Counted from the stretch's first letter, positions 9,655 through 19,019 are shown. The stretch is 32,802 nucleotides of DNA from Armatimonadota bacterium (GCA_016235455.1 JACRKZ010000030.1:1-32802); one strand, 5' to 3'. The notes: generated from the letters alone by a model not told the origin. Translations and numbers: made by a program.

Positions 9655-9689
9655 GCAGGGCGGTTCGGGCTGGCCCCAAACCGCCCTGC
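9655..9689 (+). terminator. Hairpin downstream of the hydrolase gene
   Basis: GCAGGGCGGTT / AACCGCCCTGC inverted repeat; no clear U-tract. Confidence 0.5.
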
Positions 9690-9861
9690 CTGGTCATTAT
9701 ACATAAGTACGACGGCGGTCACGCCGCACGCGCTGTAGATCAGCCGCAACGTGGCTGCGTGAAGCGCCTGAGAGGGCTTGCACTCAGCTCGCTTGCCGTG
9801 CGACGGTACTCGGATTATGAGCGAGACTAGTGACCTCCACCGTGTTGGCAGGCAAAACACA

Positions 9862-9896
9862 AACGGGGCGAGTCGCCAACTGCGACTCGCCCCGTT
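9862..9896 (-). terminator. Intrinsic terminator of DUF1559 copy 1
   Basis: 15-bp perfect stem AACGGGGCGAGTCGC / GCGACTCGCCCCGTT, followed on the minus strand by TGTGTTTT. Confidence 0.8.
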
Positions 9897-9908
9897 CTGT
9901 AGGTCCGC

Positions 9909-10592
9909 CTACTTACCGACGACAGCTCGCGTCAGCTCGTTGTTGTTCCTCGAGATAGCGTCGATGGACACCGCCTTGACGTGGCCGTCGAGGAACCACA
10001 GGTTGGCGGTATCGGTATGTCGCGCCACGATGTAGCGGTTCCAGCCAGAGGTGCCCTTCACGTTGTAGCCCGACCACTGCAGGACGTCGGCACCACAGAC
10101 ATCTCCGCAGCAGGTCTGGTACGCTTCGGCGACGATCATCGTGGTCGCTGGCTGGGGGAACTCAGCAATGTGCATCGGGGGATCGCAGTGGAAGACGCCG
10201 CCCCCCCAGGCCGCCCGCGGCGGATCGCCGGTGTTGTAGCCCGTGTTGTTGACGCCGTAGCCGCCTGAGGCGGCATTGCCCGGTGTGAAGCGGTAAGTGG
10301 GCGCGCTGGGGCAGGTGAACACCTGAATGCTCTTCAGATACGGTTGAATGTAGTCCTGCCAGCCTCCGCCCGCGCCATTGCGCATCATGAGCGTCTCATC
10401 GTAGTCCTGCATGTACTGGATGACGCCCATGCCGATCTGCTTGCAGTTGCTCTGGCAACTGCTGGCGCGTGCCTTCTCACGCGCTTTGGCGAACACCGGG
10501 AACAGAATGGCCGCCAGGATGGCGATGATGGCAATGACCACCAGGAGTTCGATCAGCGTGAAACCACGCCGCTGAGACGAGTCTTGCTTCAC
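9909..10592 (-). CDS. DUF1559 prepilin-type N-terminal cleavage/methylation and H-X9-DG protein (copy 1, intact)
   Basis: RRG|[32 protein letters not shown]...QYMQDYDE...[16 protein letters not shown]; AGGAG RBS at 10601-10605. Confidence 0.95.
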   Translation of the reverse strand: MKQDSSQRRGFTLIELLVVIAIIAILAAILFPVFAKAREKARASSCQSNCKQIGMGVIQYMQDYDETLMMRNGAGGGWQDYIQPYLKSIQVFTCPSAPTYRFTPGNAASGGYGVNNTGYNTGDPPRAAWGGGVFHCDPPMHIAEFPQPATTMIVAEAYQTCCGDVCGADVLQWSGYNVKGTSGWNRYIVARHTDTANLWFLDGHVKAVSIDAISRNNNELTRAVVGK

Positions 10593-10641
10593 GGCACACC
10601 CTCCTAGCCCGGCGTTCATCGTGGAACGCGCGGCTCTGTGG

Positions 10642-10670
10642 AGTATGGTGCGGCAGATAAGACATTTCAA
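10642..10670 (-). promoter_or_regulatory. sigma70-type promoter of DUF1559 copy 1
   Basis: TTGAAA-17 bp-CATACT; the same hexamers and spacing occur upstream of copy 2. Confidence 0.7.
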
Positions 10671-10765
10671 GTGTACAGTCACGATCGGGTGCGGAGGGCT
10701 CAGCACCAGGCCTCAAGCAGCTCAGGCAGGACCCGACGCAGGCGAGTGGGGAGAGGCAAAACGGG

Positions 10766-10804
10766 CGAAGCGGGGACCAGCCCTAAGGCATGGTCCCCGC
10801 TTCG
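10766..10804 (-). terminator. Intrinsic terminator of DUF1559 copy 2
   Basis: 14-bp stem CGAAGCGGGGACCA / TGGTCCCCGCTTCG, then CCCGTTTT on the minus strand. Confidence 0.75.
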
Positions 10805-10817
10805 ACGTCCGGGGCGG

Positions 10818-11513
10818 CTACTTGCCGACCACGGCCTTGATGAGGAAGGCGTTGTTCGCGCTCAACTGCTCCATCTTGTGGGACTTGACGTGGCCGTCGA
10901 GGAACCACATATTGCCCTGCTCCATGTGCCTTGCCAGGAAGCAGCGGCCCTGGTCGATGCCGAACGCGGGGTACTGCGTGTTGGTATGGGTAAACAGGCC
11001 CACACCCAACGCGTCACCGCAGCAACCCGACGGGTCACCTTCGCCGAAGATGATCGTCGTCGAGGGTTGCGGGAATTCCGCGATGTGCATGGCCGGCACG
11101 CAGTGGAAGACACCACCGCCCCAGCCAGCGCGCGGCGGGTCACCGGTCTGGTAGCCGCAGTTGTTAACGGCATAGCCGCCGGTGACCGCGCTGTTCAGGA
11201 TCGTCGTGCCATTCCACGGCGTGTAGTTGGACCGCGTTGCACTCGGGCAAGTGAAGACCTGGGAGCTCTTGAGGTAGGGCTGGACCCGGTCCTGCCAGGC
11301 CGGCTGCGGGTTGCCGCCGCGATCCGGGAGGATCTCGTCGTAGTCCCCCAGCCCGATCTGCTTGCAGTTGCTCTGGCAGCTCGAGGCGCGCGCCTTCTCG
11401 CGGGCCTTGGCGAACACGGGGAACAAGATGGCCGCCAGAATGGCGATGATGGCGATGACCACCAGGAGTTCGATCAGCGTGAAACCACGCCGCCGAGACG
11501 AGCTTCGCTTCAT
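10818..11513 (-). CDS. DUF1559 prepilin/H-X9-DG protein (copy 2; lacks the 6-residue xxQYxQ segment)
   Basis: Full prepilin N-terminus and [16 protein letters not shown]; reads QIGLG|DYDE where copy 1 reads [15 protein letters not shown]. Confidence 0.92.
   Translation of the reverse strand: MKRSSSRRRGFTLIELLVVIAIIAILAAILFPVFAKAREKARASSCQSNCKQIGLGDYDEILPDRGGNPQPAWQDRVQPYLKSSQVFTCPSATRSNYTPWNGTTILNSAVTGGYAVNNCGYQTGDPPRAGWGGGVFHCVPAMHIAEFPQPSTTIIFGEGDPSGCCGDALGVGLFTHTNTQYPAFGIDQGRCFLARHMEQGNMWFLDGHVKSHKMEQLSANNAFLIKAVVGK
11206..11346. repeat. 141-bp exact direct repeat, copy A (partner 12174-12314)
   Basis: Base-by-base identity between DUF1559 copies 2 and 3, ending at the deletion junctions. 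Confidence 0.85.
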
Positions 11514-11562
11514 GGCGCACTCTCCTAGACCGGCGAACTATCCGGAACGCACGGTTCTAATG

Positions 11563-11591
11563 AGTATGGCGCGGCAACAACGACATTTCAA
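11563..11591 (-). promoter_or_regulatory. sigma70-type promoter of DUF1559 copy 2
   Basis: TTGAAA-17 bp-CATACT. Confidence 0.7.
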
Positions 11592-11734
11592 CAAGCTGGG
11601 GCCCACTCTCTACGTTCTCAATCGCGTCACGATAGATAGTGCAGAAAGAGTGGGAACCGAGTACTCAGCCCAAACCGAAGGGACGCGGAAGGGGTGCAAT
11701 CTCTCGGTGGCGCGGCGCGCCGGGGGCGAAGGGG

Positions 11735-11770
11735 AGGCGGGGACCGGGCAGCAAGGCCCGGTCCCCGCCT
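11735..11770 (-). terminator. Hairpin/terminator after DUF1559 copy 3
   Basis: 15-bp perfect stem AGGCGGGGACCGGGC / GCCCGGTCCCCGCCT, related to the copy 2 hairpin. Confidence 0.65.
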
Positions 11771-11785
11771 GGCTGTGCCGCGTGG

Positions 11786-12349
11786 CTACTTGCCGACCAC
11801 GGCCTTGATGAGGAAGGCGTTGTTCGTGCTCAACTGCTCCATCTTGTGGGACTTCACATGGCCATCGAGGAACCACATGTTGCCCTGCTCCATGTGCCTT
11901 GCCAGGAAGCACCGGCCCTGGTTGACGCCGAACGCGGGGTACTGCGTGTTGGTATGGGTGAACAGGCCCACACCCAGCGCGTCACCACAGCAGCCAGACG
12001 GGTCACCTTCGCCGAAGATGATCGTCGTCGACGGCTGCGGGAACTCGGCGATATGCATCGCGGGCACGCAGTGGAAGATGCCGCCACCCCACGCGGCGCG
12101 CGGCGGATCGCCGGTCTGATAGCCGCAGTTATTCACGGCATAGCCGCCGGTGACCGCGCTGTTCAGGATCGTTGTGCCATTCCACGGCGTGTAGTTGGAC
12201 CGCGTTGCACTCGGGCAAGTGAAGACCTGGGAGCTCTTGAGGTAGGGCTGGACCCGGTCCTGCCAGGCCGGCTGCGGGTTGCCGCCGCGATCCGGGAGGA
12301 TCTCGTCGTAGTCCGTGAAACCACGCCGCTGCGAGGATGTACGCTTCAT
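11786..12349 (-). CDS. DUF1559/H-X9-DG protein (copy 3) lacking the entire hydrophobic pilin helix; truncated gene or assembly artefact
   Basis: [12 protein letters not shown] fused in frame to DYDEILP; the rest differs from copy 2 at 5 residues; GGAGA RBS and CATACT -10 (12406-12411) retained. Confidence 0.8.
   Translation of the reverse strand: MKRTSSQRRGFTDYDEILPDRGGNPQPAWQDRVQPYLKSSQVFTCPSATRSNYTPWNGTTILNSAVTGGYAVNNCGYQTGDPPRAAWGGGIFHCVPAMHIAEFPQPSTTIIFGEGDPSGCCGDALGVGLFTHTNTQYPAFGVNQGRCFLARHMEQGNMWFLDGHVKSHKMEQLSTNNAFLIKAVVGK
12174..12314. repeat. 141-bp exact direct repeat, copy B (partner 11206-11346)
   Basis: Base-by-base identity with 11206-11346. Confidence 0.85.
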
Positions 12350-12593
12350 GGCTGTCTCCAATGTCGCCCGGCGGCGGGCGACCGTTCCAATATCGCACTC
12401 AGATTAGTATGGCACGTGCGCAGTCTCAAATCCACAGCGAATTCCCCGATGGCGGCCGGAGTCGAACGGGTGCGAACGTTGCCATGCCAACGTGGTATCG
12501 ATATCTTGGCAAAAGGCAGTCGCACTTCCGCTCTGGCTTTGGTACACTGCCATCAGGGACCGCCGGTACCTACCGGCCGGTTGTGAGACCGCG

Positions 12594-15500
12594 ATGAAGC
12601 TGCGCCTCGTGCTCCTCGTGTCGTTGCTGTTGTGTTGCCGGCTGGCCGGCGCCGACCCCGCTTGGTATACCAGGCTCGATACCTGGCAAACCACCGTCGC
12701 CGCCGCCCGCGCCGCGGCCGCGGAGGCGGCGGCCAAAGCCACTTCCGCCCAGGGCTTCCGGCCGTTCGCCAGTGATGTGCGCCGTGGCGGCATGGCACCG
12801 CTCAAGATTTCGGTCGATGTGACCGGGGTGGACCAGCTGTGGCTGATCGCCACCGTGGGTGGCGACACCTACGACTACGACCAGGCCATCTGGGGCGAGC
12901 CGACGGTGACCGCCGCCGACGGCACGAGCGCCAAGCTCGCGGAGATCAAGCCCGAGTCGGCCAAGGTGGGCTGGGGCGAGTTGTTCACCAACAAGAACCA
13001 CTCCGGCACGCCGCTGCACATTGGCGGCGCGCTGTTCCGCACCGGCTACTGGGCCCATGCGCCGAGCCAGCTGTGCTTCAAGCTGGGCGGCCGCTACACG
13101 CGGTTCGAGGCCAGCGTCGGCGTCGACCAGGGGGCCGGCGGCAACGGTTCCGTGGTGTTCAAGGTGACCGACAAGCCCGACCTGGCCGACGTGGCCGGCG
13201 ACGACCTGTGGGCCATGCTGGCGCGCGATTTCACCGACGCCGAGTCGGTGCGGCAGATGGCCTGGGAGCGCGCTGACGGTATCTGGACCGACGATCTCAA
13301 GCCGGGCGACAATGCCGCCCTGGCCCAGCGCTACATCAAGGGCGCCGAACGCATCAAGCCGCTGGCCGAGCAGGCCCGCGCGCGCCTGGCCGAGGGCGTG
13401 CCGACGGTGCGCGGACTCTACTATCGGGCGCGGCAGATCGAGGCCGACCTGGCCGACGCCAAGACGGTCGACACCGAGTCGCTGCGGCTGGCCATCGATG
13501 ACCTGGTCAACACCTACGGCGCGCGCTACGCCGGCGGCACGGGCTTCCAGGCGCGGCTGAAGGCGGTCGATAGCGGCCTGCCGGCGGCCATGAAGGAAGC
13601 CGAGTCGGGCCAGGTGGCCGCGCTCGACCGGGTCAGCGCGCTGGTCGGCGACTTCCGCTCCTTGCGACGCGAGGCGCTGCTGGCCAACCCGCTGCTGGAC
13701 TTCGAGCAGATCATGCTGATCCGCCGCAACCAGTCGCAGATGGGCCTGCCCGCCAACTGGCAGTCCAATTCCGACCTGCCGCGCACGGGCTTCGACAACG
13801 CGCTGATGACCTTGAACTACAAGGACGCCAAGGCCGCGCCGAAGCTTCTGTACCAGCCCGACGGCGGCAAGTTCGTAGGCGACGTGGACCTCAACTTCGA
13901 CGGCCGGCGCATGCTGTTCTCGTCGATCGGCACCGGCGGTCGGTGGCACATCTTCGAGATGAACACCGACGCCACGGGCCTGCGGCAGGTAACGCCGAGC
14001 GACCAGCCCGACGTGGACAACTACGACGCCTGCTACCTGCCCGACGGCCGCGTCATGTACACGAACACGTCGTCGTTCACCGGCGTGCCGTGCGTGTTTG
14101 GCAGCTCTCATGTGGCCACGCTGTTCAGGATGAACGCCGACGGCACGGACATCCGCCAGCTCGGCTTCGAGCAGGAGCACGACTGGTGCCCGACGGTGCT
14201 GAACAACGGCCGAGTGCTCTATTCGCGCTGGGAGTATACCGACACCCCGCACTCCAACACGCGTCTGCTGTTCCACATGAACCCCGACGGCACGGAGCAG
14301 ATGGAGTACCTGGGCAGCAACAGCTACTGGCCCAACTCGTTCTTCTATGCACGGCCCATCCCCGGCAGCCCCACCAAGGTGGTGGGCATCATCTCGGGCC
14401 ACCACGGCGTGCCGCGCATGGGCGAGATGATCGTCTTCGACCCGGCCAAGGGCCGCCAGGAGAACACCAGCGCGGTGCAGCGCATCCCGGGCCGCGGCCA
14501 GGAGGTCAAGCAGGTCATCGCCGACCAGTTGGTCAACGACAGCTGGCCCAAGTTCCTGCATCCCTACCCGCTGAGCGAGAAGTACTTCCTGGTCTCCTGC
14601 CAGCCCAAGGCGGGCGCGCCCTGGGGGCTGTATCTGGTCGACACGTTCGACAACATGCTCCTGCTGCGCGAGGAGTCCGGCTACGCCATGCTCGAGCCGC
14701 TGCCCCTCAAGGCCACGGTCACGCCGCCGGTGGTGCCCGACAAGGTCAACCTGAAGACGCGCGAGGCGACGGTCTACATCCAGAACATCTACTCCGGCCC
14801 CGGCCTGCGCGGCGTGGAGCCTGGCGCGGTGAAGAAGCTGCGCGTCTTCACCTACGAGTTCGCCTATCACAATATGGGCGGCCTGCTGGGCGTCATCGGG
14901 TTGGACGGCCCGTGGGACATCAAACGCATCATGGGCACGGTGCCCGTGGAACCCGACGGGTCGGCGTTCTTCAAGATCCCGGCCAACACGCCCATCACCA
15001 TCCAGCCACTCGACGACGAGGGCCGCGCCATGCAGCTCATGCGAAGCTGGATGACGGCCATGCCGGGCGAGACACTGTCGTGCGTGGGCTGCCATGAGAA
15101 GCAGAACAGCGCGCCGCTGGCCAAGGCCGGCGCCGCGGTGAAGCGCGCGCCCAACGAGATCGCGCCGTGGTACGGTCCGACGCGCGGCTTCAGCTACGCC
15201 CGTGAGGTGCAGCCGGTGATCGACCGCTACTGCGTTGGTTGCCACGACGGCACCAAGACGGCGGCCGACCTGCGCGGCGACAAGAACATCACCGACTGGG
15301 CCATCATCCACGCCGGAAACGGCGGCGGGAACGGCGGGCGCTTCTCCGTGGGCTATGCCGAGCTGGCACGGTATGTGCACCGTCCCGGCATCGAAAGCGA
15401 CTATCATACGCTGTCGCCCATGGACTTCTCGGCGGAGACGAGCGAGCTGGTGCAACTGCTGCGCAAGGGTCACTACGGCGTGCAGCTCGACGCGGAGTCG

Positions 15501-16664
15501 TGGGACCGCCTGTACACCTGGATCGACCTGAACGCGCCCTATCACGGCACGTGGACCGATGCGGGCCACAACCCCGGCGCCCAGCGCGAGCGGCGCCGCG
15601 ACCTGCTCAAGCTCTATGCCAACGTGGAGGACGACCCCGAAGCCGAGGCCGGCGGGCCTGCCGCCAAGCTGACTGCCGCGGCGCTGCCGCGGCTGACCGA
15701 GGCGCCGCGGGTCACGCTGGCCTCGACCCCGGCCACTTGGGCGTTCGACGCAGCCGAGGCGCAGCGGCGCCAGTCGGGCAGCGCGGCGCGCACCCGGCGC
15801 GTGCTGGACCTGGGCGGCGGCCAGAGCATCGAGCTGGTGCTGGTGCCGGCCGGAACGTATCTGATGGGCAGCACCAGTGGTGCTGCCGATGAGCAGCCGC
15901 AGACGCCGGTAACCATCAGCAAGCCGTTCTGGATGGGCCGCGTGGAGGTCACCAACGCGCAGTTCAGGCGCTTCGACCCGACCCACGACAGCCATGTCGA
16001 AGACAAGCTGGGCTATCAGTTCGGCATCCATGGCTACCCGCTGGACGGGCCGCAGCAGCCGGTGGTGCGTGTCAGCTGGAACCAGTCGGTGGCCTTCTGC
16101 CGGTGGCTGTCCAAGCTCAGCGGGAACGAGGTCAGTCTGCCCACCGAGGCGCAGTGGGAATGGGCCTGCCGGGCCGGTTCCGCGCAGCCCTTCTGGTACG
16201 GCGGGCTCGATGTCGACTTCGCCAAGCTGGCCAACCTGGGCGACGCCAAGCTGCGCGAGCTGTCGAGCGACCCCTACACGCTGGATACGCCCTACGCCAC
16301 ACCGGCCAAGTACGACGACTGGACCCCCAAGGAGTCCCGCTTCAACGATGGCGGCCTGGTGACGGTGGAGGTCGGCCGGTACCAACCCAACGCGTGGGGC
16401 CTGGCCGACATGCACGGCAACGCGGCGGAATGGACGCGCACGACCTATCGGCCGTACCCGTACCGCGCCGAGGACGGTCGTGACGACCTGGCCACGGCAG
16501 GCGAGAAGGTGGTGCGCGGCGGCTCCTGGCGCGATCGGCCCTTCCGCTGCACAGCCAGCTTCCGCCTGGCCTATCGGCCCTACCAGCCGGCGCACGATGT
16601 GGGCTTCCGCGTTGTGATGCCGGTGACCAAGGCCGACGAGCCGGTGCAGGTGGCTCAGCGCTAA
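12594..16664 (+). CDS. Secreted multidomain protein: NPCBM/NEW2 + HzsA-related beta-propeller/middle domain with two CxxCH motifs + C-terminal FGE-sulfatase (SUMF1) fold
   Basis: Signal peptide MKLRLVLLVSLLLCCRLAGA; NPCBM-like AHAPS..RFEASVGVD and ISVDVTGVDQLWL; GTVPVEPDGSAFFKIPA..LDDEGRAMQLMRSW..SCVGCHE; second YCVGCHD; FGE motifs LPTEAQWEWACRAG, PNAWGLADMHGNAAEW, RGGSW, GFRVV. Confidence 0.9.
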   Translation: MKLRLVLLVSLLLCCRLAGADPAWYTRLDTWQTTVAAARAAAAEAAAKATSAQGFRPFASDVRRGGMAPLKISVDVTGVDQLWLIATVGGDTYDYDQAIWGEPTVTAADGTSAKLAEIKPESAKVGWGELFTNKNHSGTPLHIGGALFRTGYWAHAPSQLCFKLGGRYTRFEASVGVDQGAGGNGSVVFKVTDKPDLADVAGDDLWAMLARDFTDAESVRQMAWERADGIWTDDLKPGDNAALAQRYIKGAERIKPLAEQARARLAEGVPTVRGLYYRARQIEADLADAKTVDTESLRLAIDDLVNTYGARYAGGTGFQARLKAVDSGLPAAMKEAESGQVAALDRVSALVGDFRSLRREALLANPLLDFEQIMLIRRNQSQMGLPANWQSNSDLPRTGFDNALMTLNYKDAKAAPKLLYQPDGGKFVGDVDLNFDGRRMLFSSIGTGGRWHIFEMNTDATGLRQVTPSDQPDVDNYDACYLPDGRVMYTNTSSFTGVPCVFGSSHVATLFRMNADGTDIRQLGFEQEHDWCPTVLNNGRVLYSRWEYTDTPHSNTRLLFHMNPDGTEQMEYLGSNSYWPNSFFYARPIPGSPTKVVGIISGHHGVPRMGEMIVFDPAKGRQENTSAVQRIPGRGQEVKQVIADQLVNDSWPKFLHPYPLSEKYFLVSCQPKAGAPWGLYLVDTFDNMLLLREESGYAMLEPLPLKATVTPPVVPDKVNLKTREATVYIQNIYSGPGLRGVEPGAVKKLRVFTYEFAYHNMGGLLGVIGLDGPWDIKRIMGTVPVEPDGSAFFKIPANTPITIQPLDDEGRAMQLMRSWMTAMPGETLSCVGCHEKQNSAPLAKAGAAVKRAPNEIAPWYGPTRGFSYAREVQPVIDRYCVGCHDGTKTAADLRGDKNITDWAIIHAGNGGGNGGRFSVGYAELARYVHRPGIESDYHTLSPMDFSAETSELVQLLRKGHYGVQLDAESWDRLYTWIDLNAPYHGTWTDAGHNPGAQRERRRDLLKLYANVEDDPEAEAGGPAAKLTAAALPRLTEAPRVTLASTPATWAFDAAEAQRRQSGSAARTRRVLDLGGGQSIELVLVPAGTYLMGSTSGAADEQPQTPVTISKPFWMGRVEVTNAQFRRFDPTHDSHVEDKLGYQFGIHGYPLDGPQQPVVRVSWNQSVAFCRWLSKLSGNEVSLPTEAQWEWACRAGSAQPFWYGGLDVDFAKLANLGDAKLRELSSDPYTLDTPYATPAKYDDWTPKESRFNDGGLVTVEVGRYQPNAWGLADMHGNAAEWTRTTYRPYPYRAEDGRDDLATAGEKVVRGGSWRDRPFRCTASFRLAYRPYQPAHDVGFRVVMPVTKADEPVQVAQR

Positions 16665-16870
16665 GTCGAGCACTGCGATGGAGCACGGCCGCCCTTGGCG
16701 GTGTGTCGGTCGAGTGGCTGCACACCGCCGAGGGCGGTTGTCCCAGGTGCCTTGTTCGGCGCGGCGCGATGGGGTAACCTGACGCCTCGCGGAGGCGGTC
16801 TGTGGGCGGATTGGGCTGGCACGTGGTGTTCCTCGTCTGGTCGCTGACGGCCGCCGCCCAGGAGACCGCC

Positions 16871-18043
16871 ATGCCCACTCGAAGCGGCGCGAGCCACCTG
16901 CCCACCATCGCCGCGCGCGAGACCAGCATCGTCGACCACGGCGCCATCGCCGACAGCCCCACACTGGCGACCACGGCCATCCAAATGGCCATCGACACGC
17001 TGGCCGAGCAGGGCGGCGGCACGGTCCGACTGCCGCGCGGCACGTTCCGCACCGGCGCGCTCCAGTTGCGCAGTGGCGTGGGCCTGCATCTCGACGAAGG
17101 CTGTGTGCTACAGGGGTCCGACAACTACCTCGACTACGGCCGCGGCGACTGGCTCGAGGCCATCTTCACCGGGCTGGATCTGCACGACGTGGTCATCGAC
17201 GGCGCGGGCATCATCGATGGTGGCGACTGCCGTAACCCCCGAGGCGAGGAAGGCTTCCGCGGCCCGCACGGGCTGATGATGAAGCGTTGCGAACGCGTGC
17301 TGGTGCGCGGCGTGACGTGGCGGCGCATCGGCAACTGGGCGCTGAACTTCTACAACAGCGCCGATGTCACGCTCGACCACGCGGTCTTCCGCGCCGGCCA
17401 CGACGGGCTCGACGCCATGGAGTGCCGCGACTTCACCGTGCGAGACTGCGACTTCCGCACCGGCGACGACTGCGTGGCCGGGCCTGGCAACAGCAACTTC
17501 GTGTTCGAGCGCTGCCTGTTCAACACGTCGTGCAACGCGTTCCGCTTCTCGTGCGTGGACATGGTCGTGCGCGGCTGCCGGCTGTGGGGGCCTGGCGAGT
17601 TCGAGCACAAGATCTCCGGCCGCCACAACATGCTGGCCGCGTTTGTGCACTTCTCGCCCACCGACCGTGGCTACCAGGGCCTGGTGCCGCACAGCGACCG
17701 GTGGCTCATCGAGCACTGCGACATCGCCAATGTCGACCGGCTGTACGAGTACGACTACGTCAAGGGCGGCTGGATGACCGGCCGGCCCGTGGCGGGGCTG
17801 ACGCTGCGCGACGTGCGCGCCACGGGCCTGTTGGTGCCCATCGCGGTGCTGGGCGATGCGGAGCACCAGTTCGGCCTGACGCTCGAGCGCGTCGAACTGG
17901 CACTGCGCGACACCGCACCGGCCGGCCCGGTGATCAGCCTGCGCGAGTTCGGCTGGGTGCGCCTCAACCAGGTGACCTGCACCGGCGCCAAGGGTGAGCT
18001 GTTGCACGCCGAGCGCGGCGACATCGTCACCGTCAGCTCTTGA
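16871..18043 (+). CDS. Pectin-lyase-fold glycoside hydrolase (GH28-like)
   Basis: HGAIAD..ATTAIQMAID..GGGTVRLPRGTFRTGALQLRSGVGLHLDEG; HDGLD and TGDD catalytic-type motifs; AGGAG RBS before ATG 16871. Confidence 0.85.
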   Translation: MPTRSGASHLPTIAARETSIVDHGAIADSPTLATTAIQMAIDTLAEQGGGTVRLPRGTFRTGALQLRSGVGLHLDEGCVLQGSDNYLDYGRGDWLEAIFTGLDLHDVVIDGAGIIDGGDCRNPRGEEGFRGPHGLMMKRCERVLVRGVTWRRIGNWALNFYNSADVTLDHAVFRAGHDGLDAMECRDFTVRDCDFRTGDDCVAGPGNSNFVFERCLFNTSCNAFRFSCVDMVVRGCRLWGPGEFEHKISGRHNMLAAFVHFSPTDRGYQGLVPHSDRWLIEHCDIANVDRLYEYDYVKGGWMTGRPVAGLTLRDVRATGLLVPIAVLGDAEHQFGLTLERVELALRDTAPAGPVISLREFGWVRLNQVTCTGAKGELLHAERGDIVTVSS

Positions 18044-19019
18044 GCGGGAACTCGGTGGTCACGTCGACCGGCCGACGCTCGGCGGCCGAGCGGCGCAATG
18101 CCGCCTCGAACTGCAACTCCTGCAAGCCGGCCACGCCCGGCACCGGCGGCGCCACGCCGTCGCGGATGGACTGCAGATAGGCTGCCAGCGACTTGCCGAA
18201 CGACGCGGAGTACTGCTCCCAGCGCGAGTGGTTGCCGATCAGCTCGTGCGTCTCGCGATAGCGGGTGGCATTGTCATACACGTCCAGCGGGCCATCGAGG
18301 TCGGAGAAGCGCAGGCTGCCGCCCTCGAAGCAGAACAGCATCTCATAGAGCGGGCTGGCGAAGCGTGTGGCGCTGGTGCCGATGATGGTGCCCGTGGCGC
18401 CGCCGGCCAGAAGGAAGGCGGCCGCCACATCGACCGCGCCCTGGTACTCCGTGCCGCCGGCGAGCGCGGTGATGCTGGCCGTCGAGCCGCCAAACAGGGT
18501 CAGCAGGTCGATGCAGTGGCTCCAGCAGGCGTAGTTGACCAGCAGGCTGGCCTGCTGCAGCCGGCCCCAGCCGCGCTGGGCGACAAGCGCCTTGGCGCGC
18601 TGGGTCTGCTCGAAGAAGCGGTAGTTGAAGACCATGGCGGTCTGGCAGCCAATGGCCTCGGCGCGCAGCAGCAGCTCGCGCGCTTTGTAGAAGTCGTCCT
18701 CGGTGACGTTGGCCTGCCCGTTCATGGCGACCAGCGGCTTCTCGAAGAAGAGGCGCTTGGGGCGATGCTCCAGCACGGCCAGCGTGGCTTCGTAGCGCTG
18801 GGTCTCATGGGTGAGAACGAGGATCGCATCAGGCTGGGTGGCGGCCAGCTGAGCCAGGCTGTCGGCCACCGCGCCACCAAAGGTCTCGGCGCAGTCGACG
18901 GCCCGGTCGCGGGTGCGCGAGTAGTAGACCAGGTCGACATCGGCGACTTGGGTGAGGTAGGGCAGGTAGCTGTCGCGGGCGACCTTGCCCGTGCCGACGA
19001 TGCCGATGCGTAGAGACAT
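18033..19019 (-). CDS. Gfo/Idh/MocA-family NAD(P)-dependent oxidoreductase
   Basis: IGIVGTGKVA Rossmann motif, FFEKPL, VFNYRF. Confidence 0.92.
   Translation of the reverse strand: MSLRIGIVGTGKVARDSYLPYLTQVADVDLVYYSRTRDRAVDCAETFGGAVADSLAQLAATQPDAILVLTHETQRYEATLAVLEHRPKRLFFEKPLVAMNGQANVTEDDFYKARELLLRAEAIGCQTAMVFNYRFFEQTQRAKALVAQRGWGRLQQASLLVNYACWSHCIDLLTLFGGSTASITALAGGTEYQGAVDVAAAFLLAGGATGTIIGTSATRFASPLYEMLFCFEGGSLRFSDLDGPLDVYDNATRYRETHELIGNHSRWEQYSASFGKSLAAYLQSIRDGVAPPVPGVAGLQELQFEAALRRSAAERRPVDVTTEFPLKS

Noticed and set aside
10613-10628. CGTTCATCGTGGAACG as a third parS
   Set aside because: Four mismatches to the parS palindrome, including the core
10818-16664. Diversity-generating retroelement (near-identical repeats plus an FGE/CLec-fold C-terminus)
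   Set aside because: No reverse transcriptase in the window, copy 2/3 differences are mostly synonymous and not adenine-specific, and no template repeat for the FGE C-terminus was seen
12594-16664. Anammox hydrazine synthase or a true formylglycine-generating enzyme
   Set aside because: No hzsB/hzsC neighbours, extra sugar-binding and FGE-fold domains, and the FGE catalytic Cys pair is incomplete
12570-16964. 1464-aa antisense ORF and similar long shadow ORFs (e.g. 1730-3223, 3348-4736, 22895-24535, 28807-30189)
   Set aside because: They mirror well-supported genes on the opposite strand, as expected from high-GC codon bias
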